This document shows, piece after piece, positions 15,301 through 28,266 of a stretch of 64,000 bases of DNA. Position 1 is the first letter of the stretch; each line of letters starts with the position of its first letter. The notes below the pieces were generated by a model. That model ran no database searches. It saw only the letters and a list, made by a program, of their open reading frames with translations, and was not told the DNA's origin. The stretch covers positions 14,678,998 to 14,742,997 of the forward strand of contig CM082578.2 in the NCBI GenBank assembly GCA_040954595.2. The letters run 5' to 3'. Both the position numbers and the translations under genes were made by a program. The DNA comes from Balanoglossus misakiensis (lineage: Eukaryota; Animalia; Hemichordata).

Positions 15301-16011
15301 GTCGATGGAACCAGATCAAATCCGAAAATGGTCTGACCATCAAAATGTCAAAGTGGCACGTTTGCTGATCGACATGTACAACATTTCCGTTGTAAACAAA
15401 CCCGCGCATCATTTCAAGTGTTACGGGCAATATTTACAGCTTGCACGTAGCTACAGTTGCCCAAACCTTTCTTCTATCTTCATTATGTAGTATTCCATGA
15501 TGAATGTACAGGAAAACGGGTTTTTTTCGATGATGAAAAATGGATGCACACGAGAAATACTGGGGCTTTAATGACACAACTTAAACTGAGCATTTGTTAA
15601 TCCATTTTGGAAACATGCTTGAAAAGTTCTGGGATTTTGTGAGATTAAGTGAAGTCTGTATTTGAGACTACATCAAGCAATTGTTTCATCATGTTGTTCT
15701 GTTCACAAATCTAGATGCTACTGGACATAGGATGCATATCCAAACACATCAAGACAAAACAGAAGTGTTCACTATTCTCAGATCCATGGACAAAACCAAA
15801 AGGTATGTTTTAAGTTAACGTCTAGCTGCTACCCTCTGTCCAAGACACCTCTTTCATATCATATATTTACACATCACTAGACTACGAGTCGTGTTGCTTA
15901 TGATTCATACATGTAAATATTGTCATTCTGTTCACAGATATTGGAGGAAAGAAAGCAATCTATTACGAACCAACAGTGGACTGTGTACTCAAACTAGCCA
16001 CTATTCACTGA
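3369..16011 (+). CDS. GTF3C1: General transcription factor IIIC subunit 1 (B-box binding), about 30 exons
   Basis: N-terminal [11 protein letters not shown] (exon 3369-3435), [117 protein letters not shown] and C-terminal [12 protein letters not shown]; TGA at 16009-16011; AATAAA near 16131. Confidence 0.95.
6210..6232. repeat. (TA)n microsatellite in a GTF3C1 intron
   Basis: About 11 TA units seen directly. Confidence 0.9.
14975..15567. mobile_element. Non-autonomous DNA transposon (MITE), Kolobok-like, in a GTF3C1 intron
   Basis: Left end AGACACAGTATTTCTCGT and right end ACGAGAAATACTGGGGCT form 18-bp inverted repeats with 2 mismatches. TTAA flanks both sides (14971-14974, 15568-15571); termini are AG...CT; no transposase ORF. 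Confidence 0.75.
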
Positions 16012-16409
16012 ATGTTACCATGGCTCTACTGATATGTTTAGAGGGTAGTCGGTGTACTGTACCTCTGTGAGACCAGCAATTTTGTATTACTCTGATTGTG
16101 TGCACATGTGTGAAATGTCAAACGCGCAAAAATAAAAAAAGTATTTATAATTGAAAGAATATCGTCTACAGTGTGTTCTTTCGCCGTGTAAAATCATTTC
16201 AGTGCCTACTCACACCCAAGTTCTTTAAAAATGATTTATTTGCAATATGTACAAAATTGATATGCATCATCATGCATAGTAATCAGTGTGATCACTAAGA
16301 TGTTTCGCAAAAAACCATGATTGACAACTGACAGGTGTTCACTGTTGGATCTCAGAACTTGCAGTTTTTCATGGTTGATATAAAACATGATCTTCAGAAT
16401 ATTACCCCA

Positions 16410-19400
16410 TCAAAGGTCATATTTCTTGGCCAGTGCTTTGATTTCTGCAGATTTGTCTGGCAGACTTGATTCTAAATAGCTGAATAGCTCTTTTACAACT
16501 GAAACAAAATTGAAAATAAAGATTAGAGTTATAAAAATATTAACATGGTTTAAATGGCCCATAAACTGCAACTATCTAAAATAATGGAATTACTGATCTC
16601 AAGCACTACAAAACATGCAAACTGAATTACCTTGTTTCTCTGCAGAAGACATGAACATCACATTCATGCTGAATCTCTTGACTTCAGACAGAGAGTACAG
16701 AACATCCAAGACAGGATCCTCATTTCTGTCAAAATTGCAAAAGGTATCATTATTTATACACTTTATACACAAATCCACAAATTTGGAAGGCAGGCATATT
16801 CAGTGATACTTACTTAATGAAATAATCTCTCACAAGTGAAAGAATCTTGTTCAGCATGATGGAATCCAATGATTGCTGGAATAACTTTGGGTAACGAGCC
16901 GGTGGAATATTCTGAAATATGAAGAAACAAGTTGTTGTCAATAGAACTCTCAATGAATCACCTAGCCTTCAGACATACAGTGTTGCAATTCCACAACCTA
17001 GATATGAACTAAAGGCAATGAGCTCATGCCATGTGATAAGTCCAAGTTGTAATTAATATCACTGAGAACTCAACAAATTCTGTTCACCGCAAGAGGTCAT
17101 TTACCTTGAAATACTGATAGAGTTGTTGTGGATGGTTCTTTAACTTTTTCCAATCTGTCTGCAGTTGGTATGAAGTACTGGGACAGTCAGGAAGAGCTGG
17201 CACTTGACTGCTGCTACAAACAGGTAATGGTACTTTAGGACTTGAATTACTGAGTGAGTCTTTGACATCATTCACTCTCACATTTGCAGCCTTCTCCTCA
17301 GAACTATTATTTTTTATACTGAGGGGGAAAAATAAATACAAATATTAGGGATAAACTGCTGCCCAGCATCAAGAATCTCTTGATCAGAAGACACACACTA
17401 CCTGGACCAAAAAGGAAAGCATGGTCATCTCCCTGAGATGGTTAACATATAAACCAGTCTGTGAGTAGTAAGGTACTGTATCTGTCATTTGAAAGGCAAG
17501 TTCTTTGTTGCCCTGGTGACAACAAAACACACACAGTACAAGTAATACATTGTCAACTACATAACTATCCAAACCTGACTTACTTGCAAACCTTTTCCAC
17601 ACTCTCTGGTGACTCTTCAGACTGTCTACCAACACTGTCCACTGTTTTCTGACCAGCAGCAGAAAAAATATCAGCAGGACTTGAAAACGATGACTTCACT
17701 GGAGTAGCTGTTTTTTCTGTTTTAGCTTGAGGGGCTTCTGTTTGTTTGTTTGCAGCATTTATGAGTGGTTCCTCCTCTTCAACATCATCATCTCCAATTT
17801 CTTCTATTTGAATTCTTTTTAATGGTTTCTGCATTCAAATTAATAGAAAAGGCAATTGGACATTAATTAAAGTTGGGGTAGAAATATTAACTCTCAGGAA
17901 AAGCAAGCTAACATGAGAGGGTTCTTCACCTTTGACCTTTCATGAGGTTTCTTCTCCACTGGATTCACAATTGCTAATGCAGCTTTCTCAGCTTCTTTCC
18001 TTGCTTCTTCTTCTCTGAGTTTCACCAGCTTCGCTATCCTTTTCAGCTCTATCACTGCCTGTTTATTGGATGGTTCTAAATTCAACACCTGTTCAAAGTC
18101 TTGAAAAAGAATTCAATACAATTTACAATCACAAAATTTGAAACAATTTTATGAATCAAACGTCTGAGAGCAATGTTTTCTAAATTGTTCAATATTAAAA
18201 TTCATATGCCACACCAAATGGCAATGTGACAATGTGACAGACAAAATGAGAAAGACAGACCGAGAATAGTAACCTTGATTTCTGTCAAGTGAAACATACT
18301 TCCAGTATTTGTCACATAACTATTCTCACTTGCAGTGTTAATCTCTCATCTTTCATGCTGTACTCATTTCCTATAATGGATCGACCATGAAAACCACCAT
18401 CTTACCTTTTTTAGCCTCTTCAAGTTTTCCTAATTCAATTCTAGCAGATCCTCTCCTATGATATGCTTTGACATATGTGTAATCAATTGATAGTGCTGTA
18501 TTGCAGTCAATCTCTGCTTCTTCATATCTGAAATTGTAAGAAGCATCCCATTTGTTAGTCAATTGAATGAAATATATCACATGTCTTCTTTAAGCAATCT
18601 ATGATTTCATGATACATGCAATTAATTCTAGAATATTTCCATTTGGACAAGATACAGTAAATGTCTAATTGATTCTTTCCTTTTTCATCCCATATACTGG
18701 TACATGTACTCACTTTTTCATTTTCAGATATGCCATAGCCCTGTTAGCCGGTAAGATTGCATTGTAAGGATCACATTCAAGACCAGTTGTGTAACACTGT
18801 GCAGCTTCTTGGTATTTGCCTTGTTTGAAAAATGCATTGCCCTGAAAATGAGTGGAAAGGTATTAAGTCAGTGGAATGCTTCAGTTTTAACACCACAATA
18901 TCCTGTTCAAATATCACACCAATTCCCACTTCACTTACTTTGTCTTTTTCCATAACAGCTTCCTGCCTTTTCCTTTCTGCTTCCATTTCAGCATCACTAT
19001 CCGTCTCATATTCCGACTCTTTTTCTTCTTCATTATCACTGTCCAATTTAGAACACTCCTTATCCTGTCAATCAAATCAGTCATAATCAGATGAAATTTT
19101 GCAATATTGCAGCACAAATAAAATATTCCAAAGACAGGAAAGCAATACCAAATAATAGGCATATATAATAACAGTAAAACAAACTTACCACATCAAATTT
19201 ATCCCACGCTCTGTAATCATATCCTTTAATCTTTTTCTTCTTCTTAACATCTTCGGATGTTTTAACTTCTACCACCTTCTTTTTCTTTTTGATCTTGGGT
19301 CTCTGAACTGCATTTCTCACTGGTGGAAGCTCCTAATGGGAAGAATACAACCAAAGATGCACAGGTTTGAGACAGACGCACAATTTACCAGTACCTCCAA

Positions 19401-19678
19401 AACACATACATTTCATGAAATTCTACAACTGTAGTATGTCTATCAAGATGTCAGGGTACTTTTCCCTAGACTTCTAACTGAAAGTAATCCAAGTAATTAA
19501 AAGACAATTATGGTTAAATGTTCACCTTTTCTTTTTCTACTTCGCCATGTTTCTCCTTCAGTAACTTGTCATCCTTCTTTTTGATGCTACTTGTCCATGC
19601 ATCCATGTCCCTGAGGTATGCTTTCAGATCCTCAGCATTTTCTCGGACTTGGTTCTGCATTTGAATAGCCTTCTCCAT
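16410..19678 (-). CDS. RPAP3: RNA polymerase II-associated protein 3 (R2TP co-chaperone), 11 exons
   Basis: N-terminal MEKAIQMQNQVRENAEDLKAYLRDMDAW, IKGYDYRAWDKFDV, TPR motifs KDKGNAFFKQGKY..NRAMAYLK..YVKAYHRRGSAR, KPLKRIQIEEI and RPAP3-C domain RFSMNVMFMS; ends AKKYDL*. Confidence 0.95.
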
Positions 19679-21582
19679 TTTGACTTTGTAAGTGTATCTC
19701 TTGCTTCTAAATAAATATTGGAAAAGTAGGTTATCCCTTCGAGTTTACCTCCATCATCGTTACGACACCACTTACGTGCACTGATATCTAGACAGTCGAG
19801 ACGCTTCATGAATTCCCATAGCGACGTGAAGGAACCTGCGGTTAAGGGATCACAGACCGTCACCCGATCCAAATATCGATAGTTTCTTCCAAGACTGGGT
19901 TGTTGTCCTTAAGAATAACCCCCCGAAAGGTCGAAACATGACAAATTGTCTTTTCTCTGACCTTAAATGACTTGCAATTATACTTACGTAGCAATTATTC
20001 GACAAATGTTAAGAAACGTGCGTCTGTTTCCCTTCAAAACATGCAAGCTGCCATTTTGAATTGTTTGTTTGTTGGTGTAACTTTTCTCCAAAAGGTTACA
20101 AGTTTTTGCATGCAACGTGTCCGCACGGGTGTTAACATGTGTGTTCAAAAATGTCATAGATGCAGAGCACTTTGATGTCTGGCATTCAATAAACATAACA
20201 CAAAGAATGATATTGAAATTTAACATTTTTATTATTCGGCAAACAGCCAGAATAATTGAAAGTACATATTGCCAGTAAAAAAACAATAACAAAGTTAAAT
20301 CTGCAAAACAGCTAATAACAATAACGGTGAAATAAAATTTTAACAATATAGCACCTTTTTCGAAATAATCTACAATACTGGTACTCCAACCTCTAATCTG
20401 ATTAAAATCAGTAAACAAAGAACAAACATTGAAATACAATCAAAATGGTTTGAGTTGCATAGAAAACATGTTCTTACAACCAGTTGATATGGACAGAGTT
20501 ATTGTTGCCAGCCTCAGTTGATATGAAACAGTTATTGTATAAACTGTTGCAAGTCTCACAAATACACTGTTGCAGTCTAGACTACACATGCATTTCGTTT
20601 TCGCTTGAACATGTTGAATGAGAACAGCCGACACAGAGTTTCGTTTTGACTGTGTTGATCAAGACATAACAATTTGGTCAGTGCATTCCTTCTGTGCAGC
20701 TCAAACCACTTTATATCGTTTTCAGAAACGTCTAAAAAGAGCTTCTTCGTAAGTTTTTCAAACACTTTAAAAAGAACAATGTAAAAAAGTAAGATTTCTG
20801 ACTCTGAACCTTATAAATTGTAAATCATGTCCCACTGTCCTATCATGTATAAAACCAGTGTTTAAATGTTGATTGCATCCAACATGTTTCTGATGAAAAC
20901 TACCATCTACTATAATAAAAGAATCGTCTGAACTACATGATTTCCTCAACGTTCTCACAGCAATTTAACAGCAGCTTCATGATTTTTGTTTGTCATTCTG
21001 TCAACTAAGTTAGTTTTGAGAAATAAGACTCTTCAATCTAGTTTGAAGAGAATGGCAGTGAGATACCTCACAGAATATCAGATCATTGCATATGTCTAAT
21101 ACGAGATATATATTCTTTCATTTAGTATGACTTTGGGGTTCCAGTTCAATTCATAACAGAACGTCATTTCTGCACTTATTTTGGTGACTGACAACTTTTA
21201 TTATTCAACTCATTTGCTGATGATAAACAACATGGTATATCTTGTCTTGTCTTTACAAGAAAGGGTGTTTTACACTAATGAACACTGGGGAGTGGGGAGG
21301 GTATCAAAACCATCAAATTTGTTTCATAAACATATGCAACAATCTGACACAGCCCCTGAGCTTTCCATACTAACTTCAGTCAAACTTTTACACTTCTAAA
21401 GTTTCAAATCTGCATGGCTAATTGGCAACATAACCAGCACGAACAACAAATACATATGTTGCAATGATTTCTCAACTCTGTATCATCACAAAACTGAACA
21501 GTCCCTACATATTTGCAAACAGATCTACCATTCTCTCTCGACATCTGACACCAAACTACTCTGGTCTTCAGATTTTGTTTCC

Positions 21583-24500
21583 TCACATGAGTTCAACGAT
21601 CCTTCCCAGTGATTCCTCTTCTTCATCATCCTCTTCAGAGTCCTCGCCTGTTGATTTTGGTTTCAACAGCTCTATAAATCCTGGTGGGTACGATATGTGC
21701 TCTTCACATTTGATGCCACCAGTTATTTTACCTCTGGTGGTACTCTGAAAATACGCAAACCAAATATCATAAAGAAGATGGAAGAATTGTCACTTTTGAC
21801 AAAGTAATAAAATTGAAATTAATATGTAGCTTATTCAGAATACCATAAGACATATAAAGCACACAATTCTGATCTGATAAAGACTTACCAGTTTTATTTC
21901 CCTTCTCTGTAAGACAACCGAGTTTCTCAAGTCTGGGGGGTTTGGACATTCTGGCAGGCAGCATTTCAGAGGTTCACCATCTGGTGACTTGATGGAGGAA
22001 CTTTGCACAGGAAACATAAATTGCTCCTGTCATATTGAAGAGAAAGTAAAATTCATTCAACCATATAACATGCACCTGTATGCATTTCAACATTCTTGCA
22101 TTCCTCGTATATAGAAGTCTAAGATTTACTAAAATTATTACCAGAACTGCAGAATTTATGCTACAGAGATCAACTGAAGGCACTTAACTGGAAAACTGGA
22201 AAAAAATAACAAATCCTGCATTCTAATAAATATTTAATTTCATGATTGACAACTTTACCTCAAGGTGATATAGAACCTTTAAAACCTCATGACACATTTG
22301 TAATCTCTTCTTCGCTCGGGTCACAGCTACGTACAACAAATTCAATTCATCTTCAGGCAAATCTCCTGTAATATTCAAAAACACTCAGTTTCAATTACAT
22401 GTACTCTGCTAGTAATATTCAACACAAATCCCTAATCCCTGTAACATACACAGCTGAGTTGCATCATTCTATACTCGCATGTTACAGTATACGATGAATA
22501 CTTACTGTGGGAGCTTGTGTTGGACAAGTTTAGCATGTTGAGGAAGTCATCTGCCACTTTCACTGTGTCAAATTCCAAACCCTTGGCTTTGTGAGCTGTG
22601 GTCAGAACGATGTCTGTAAAGATACACATGCAAGTTTTACAGTATCACCAAACAAAAGACCCAAACTTTTACCAACCCTAGCAGAAAGTTTGGAAAAGTC
22701 AGCATCCGGGTATTGAGTCAAATAATAGAGATGAATGATAGAAACTTCTAACCTGCCAGCTTTATGTTTCTAGCAACTCTGCTCCTGATCTTTTCGCAGT
22801 TACTAGGAATGTTGATGTGATGTGTTTCAACAATCCGTATCTTGTACAGCAGTTCAAAGTCCTGTGCATTGTTAGCATAATCCTTCAGACTACTGAAACT
22901 GTTGAACTTCTTGATGAACTTGTGTTTGATTTCCCTGGCTCCATCTGAAAGAAAAACAAATCAAGTACACAATAAAACTTTAATGACCTTAATACTTCAC
23001 AAATGAAACTATTAGCATTCAGTATGTTTTTCTGTGTGTCAACTACAAATTATTGATACAATGTATGTGAAAAGGAAACAACGTGAGAAGTGCTTGAGCA
23101 ATGATACTTCAACAACTTACATTTCAATCTTTGTTTGGAATTGACTGCACCACTGTATTTACAGAACAGGGTGAATATGTCCTCCACAGATCCAAGCAGA
23201 TCTCCAAGATACTTGCTACCCTGTTGAGGGAAAACACACAAGATCCACACAACAAAAGTACTGCATTAAAGGGGTTATTCACAAACTACAGCTATGTATG
23301 TCTGCCTGTATAAATCATCTAAAAGGAGAATAGAGGTATAGTTTCTGAGTATCAAACTTAATACAAACAACAGCAAGCAATAATTGAAATATGGCACTTC
23401 TGACTCAGTAATTAAAACATACCCCAACAAATGCAATCCTATGTGGTGTCTCTCCATTGGCCAGAATGACTGCCTCATTAAATAGAGTATAGTTGTATCT
23501 TGTGATGATGGCCATCTGTCCTTCACTATCTCCATAGACACTATCTATTCAAATCAAATCAAAATCACAATGCAAGACAAAATGACTTTGAAAAGTGAAT
23601 ATCAAAGTGATGAAGGACAGTATGTCTCTCAGAACATTTACCTTGTTTGGCATTACCAACAATGGTCTTCTCCGTGATACTCTTGAAGTGTTCCAACAGA
23701 CACGATGCTACGTAGCCAATCTGAGGTCCGAATCGGAAAGACTGCAATAACAAAGGATTAGTTAATGATCCCAATTCATTAACTTTGAAAACTTGACAAA
23801 AATCTGAATAAGCTTCAGAAAGTTCACATAAAATATGTTCACCAGATCATAGGTCTCTGAAAACAAAGAATAAGTCAAGTTTAAGTTTACTAAATCACTT
23901 CCACATTTAGTAACCTGGCGCTTTCAAGTGGGATCTGCAACAGGTTGCATACTGACCTGGGTCAGGTAGAAGACATGTGACGCTGGTACTTCCCTCATGG
24001 CATTCCTTGCACCTCTGAAAGAATAGATCTGTTGATGTGGATCTCCAACCAATATCTTGGGACAGTCTTGGCGAAGTAAGATGTCCTGTGCCGCTGTGTA
24101 ACAATTAAAAGTGAAAAGTGAATCACTGGTGTCACTGTACACTCATCAGTGAATTTCATGATTTTTATGAAGGCTGTATAGCAAGGCAAAATGCAGACAA
24201 CGAAGACCTTAAAAAGAAGAGAGAGCAAGTCTTTTCCAATTCCAACATGGACAACATCTTACCTGGTGTACAATCCTGACCTTCATCTATCAGAATACAA
24301 TCATACTGATCCAAGGTTGGTTTCATCAACTGAAACATCTTCAAATATCCTACAATGCATAAATTAAGAGTCAGCAAAAGCTCTTGTTTGAACCTGTGAT
24401 TTCATAATCATGAACACTGGATGACAGACTGTAAAAACTATAAAACTTCAGATGAACATAAAATGTAAACATACCATCATGGACCATTCTAACATTCCAG

Positions 24501-27500
24501 TTTGCTGGGTCTTGCATTTTCTCCCAAATCACTTCAGCATCACTGACAACAGCCTGCAATTTGAAACACAAGATAATCAACATTTAAGAGGCATCTTTCA
24601 GAACAAGAATTCACAGGTTGATGACTGCTAAGTTTTACAGAAAACCAACTGAAAAAGTCACATGATTGCAGTACAAACAAATACAAATTATATTGAATCA
24701 CTCACCATTTTCTCCTCATGTGAGATGTATTTTATCACACCAAATTTATCCATGTGCGTATCTGGCGTATGTCTCGTAGTTATCACCTGATCAGCTGATG
24801 CTAAATAGGATTCTATGGTTTCTTTGACTTGCTTCCCCCGAACAAAGTTGCTCTTTTTGGACGGCAGTTCTCTGGTCACATAGTAGGACTTGATGTCAGG
24901 TGCAAGCTGCTTTACAAACCTGCATCAGAAACATCCACATTACTGGTTTAATTCCAACGATCGCAGTTGAAAGTCTGTAGCAGTATCATATACGCATAAG
25001 CGTTTGTGCTTTGAATGAGTGAATAGGAGAAACAAAGGTATTAAAGCGGAGGTTGAGAGATGAATGAAAAAGATCTTTTTACCTTCTTCCAGTGGTGTTG
25101 AATGCCAATGAATGTACAGTTTTACAAGTGACATTCCATGGGAATACCTCCTTGGCTTGTTCCTGTACTGATCTGTTAGATGACGACAACAGTCATTGTT
25201 AGAATGACATGAGACTGTCATGCCAGAACCAAGAGGGAGCTGTAAATGTTAGGGCACACGTACATCTGCTCCACTCAAACCTTCTCGAAACACAGCAATA
25301 CTTCTTTAGCATAATTTGCATTTGAACAGACATAGAACAGTTGATCCTGGTTTAACAACTACACAGAGAATATTAATTGTTAGGTTTTCATACTTGTAGA
25401 GGGTGAAAGTCAACAACTTGAGAAACACTTATAGCAAAGATAAAAGATACAGGTACTTACTTGTTGTAGCAGACATACAGGAATTGTTTGTTTGGTCTTC
25501 GTTTAGTGTACTCAATTAATGTACTTGTCTTTCCAGTCCCTATAATGTATAGACAATCAGTCATAATATAAACACTCTACTGATTGCCACGTTTCCACTT
25601 AGAATCTGACTATAAATATCACTTTTTCAAAGATTTTAAATCTTTTCTTACCAGCAAATGCCATTATCTTCATGATGTCATTTTTCTCAAACTCATACTT
25701 GACAATTCTGAGTTGTTCATAAGTTAGATTCAGTCCCCCGGTCAAACCAGTCCTGTGAAATAAACACCTCATTGCTTGTGACAAGTTCTGATTAATAAAC
25801 AATAGGCTCTGACAATTAAATCAATCACATTTCAATATTAACAACCATTGGTCATCATGTGATTTTGATGAACATGTTGATAAACAAGAGTCAGTCATGT
25901 GACACATCATGTGATGCATCATGTGATCACTCACCCATAACTGACTAGAGATTGCTGTCCACTTCCACCGGGAATGCTTTGCTTCCAACTTTCTGGAGTT
26001 GAAACGGTCACGTTTTCATGAAGATACAATGCATAGAACACTCTGTAATGAATGCTGAAAACAAAACACACATAAAATGTAAGATAGAGCAGCCTTCAAT
26101 GAAACATCACATTGCACAGAATTTCTCCACACTTGCAAATATCACGTTGAACAAAATGAAAATATTCACATTAAACTTACCCTCTGTTCAGATTATGAAC
26201 GGAATGTAGGGCCAGCAGGAATGTAGCAATGCAGTACAGACATTCTATGACAGTATATGTCAGTGTTGTGGACGATGTGTTCAACAAACTTTGTATTATG
26301 AGTTGAATGTCTTTGACAGTTTCTGACAGAACCACTAACATAGTGATCAAAGACCATGGGTTAGGCTCCTGCAGACAAATAGAGAAAAGTTCAGATATTA
26401 GTTTCATATCTAGTGTATACAGAATTTTAATGTTTCCTTCTTCAAATCAGCAGAAGGACTAGGGAAAATGTTACTAACAAGAATACAACAATGAGAACTT
26501 ACATCATCGACTAATGCATCTGTAACCTTCTCTCTGATGACTTCCACTGCAAATTCATACTTGGGATGTTTCCTCAAATGATCCACCATGAAAGCATTAC
26601 TTCTCCGAGTGAAGTTTTTCATGTACCTGTGCAAAAGACATTGAAGAGATCAAACAAACTCATATAATATGTATTTTAGCAGTTAATATTTCAGGCAGAA
26701 AACAGCAATGGTCTCTCTGCTTTGTTTGTGTGTCTCACACAACTTACCTTACAAGCTGCAACAGAGAATCCCGTTCTGATAGCATGTTGTTTGTTCTCAT
26801 AATCTGCATGATTTTACTGCGAGTTGCTTGATCTTTCAATTTTAACTTGTGATATTCCTTCTTCCATGGCAAAAACTATGAAGATATAAAGTAAGAAGTC
26901 AGTGAAACAGCTTAACTTGTCAATGAATACCTGGAAGTCACACAGATAAAAACTGTTTTCATCAGACTGCAGAGTCTCTTACCCTGGCATGTGATATGAT
27001 GTTATTCCAAGAACTACAAACTCTGCTGACATTGAGACACAGATCAATCATAGGAAGCTGACTGAAGATATTCTCGATGATCTCGTCGGGAAGATCCTCA
27101 AAGTAGTCTTTCTTCTCCTCCTCCTCTTCCTCCTCAACTTGCACCTCTTCACCAAGGAGACCAAAAGTATTAGGCTGTGCTCCTTGTGCCATGCCATTTC
27201 CATCTTCATCTTCAAGCGCTGCCATCAACTCTTCCATCTCAGTGTCATTTTCAAAGGCAAGCAGATTGGGGTCTTCCTCAGCTTTGTCACCAGCTTTTTC
27301 TGTGACTGCTTTGGTACTGCTGCCAGTCACTGGACTTGACACTGATGCAGATGCCACTTGATCAAATGCTGCTTGCATTGATCTCACCACACCTTTTGCT
27401 TTGGATTCAGTGGATACCTTCGTGGCATTGGGGCTTGGTCTCAATTTTGTCCATGACTTGGGGGACTGCAAAGAAGCAACAGTATTTGGACTTCTTTGTG

Positions 27501-28266
27501 TGCATGGCAGTGATTTGGAAGTGGCAGAAGAGGGAGAAAATTGTGTTGATCTACATGACTTTGGTGACGGCAAAGTAGAACTTGAGTCGGGTTGTTTCTT
27601 GGTTGGGGTGTGTTGCCCTGGCTGTGTTTTGGAAGTGGCAGATTTTCCGCCATCAAATGGTGAATGCTTAGAGTTGCCAGTGCCGGTTACTCCAACATGA
27701 CGATGTGGTGAGGGAGAAAATTGTGTTGATCTACATGACTTTGGTGACAGCAAAGTAGGACTTGACTCGGGTTGTTTCTTGGTTGGGGTGTGTTGCCCCA
27801 GCAGTGTTTTGGAAGTTGACTGTCCTGATGGACTTGCAGAAGTAGGTTTCATATCACCAAGCGATGTTTGCCCAGACCTCTTCTCAGGACTGGTTTGTTT
27901 GAACTGGTTTGAAAAAATGGCTGCAGTGATGGTAGTTTGTCGAGATTTCGACCCCGACTTTGATGACACTGCGCTTGCCTTTCTACTGTTCCTAGGGTAC
28001 AACCCCAGGTTTACATCTCTTGATGTTTTCTGTACTGTAACGGGATTAGTCAATGGAACTGTCCCTTCAACTGTTGCTGACATTCTCAGACACTCTGAAG
28101 ATGACATTTCAATTTTCCTCTTCTTTTCTTTGGGTTCTTCTGTCCCTGTCACCTGCTGACTTGCTAGGCTTGTACTCTTTGCAGACATGTTCGCTACGTT
28201 GTCATGTATTCTTTGTGGACTTGACTTGGCAAAGAACGTGTCAATGGTGCTTTGGCGTTTAAGCAT
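21583..28266 (-). CDS. FBH1: F-box DNA helicase 1 (UvrD/SF1 helicase with F-box), 20 coding exons
   Basis: F-box [22 protein letters not shown]; Walker A AFAGTGKT; DEGQD; [14 protein letters not shown]; LTQSFRFG; [13 protein letters not shown]; [11 protein letters not shown]. An in-frame stop lies just upstream of ATG 28266. A probable 5'UTR intron runs 28850-28302. Confidence 0.95.
27530..27816 (-). repeat. Intra-exonic direct repeat (two copies of about 107 bp, 180-bp period) in FBH1
   Basis: 27530-27636 and 27710-27816 differ at about 6 positions. They encode [10 protein letters not shown](E/D)SS(P/S)TL(L/P)[13 protein letters not shown] twice. Confidence 0.95.

Noticed and set aside
19900-19950. 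Hammerhead-ribozyme-like string CTTAAGA..GAAAGGTCGAAACATGAC upstream of RPAP3
   Set aside because: The core should be CTGANGA and GAAAC..GTC. Both are mutated, stem II is poor and no stem I partner is visible, so at most a dead remnant.
20905-20925. Helitron-like 5' end ATCTACTATAATAAAA
   Set aside because: No convincing downstream hairpin plus CTAG 3' end and no Rep/helicase sequence; easily chance in AT-rich DNA.
19984-20958. Minus-strand ORFs of 62-151 aa between RPAP3 and FBH1
   Set aside because: AT-driven composition, non-ATG starts, no recognisable domain or coherent splice structure.
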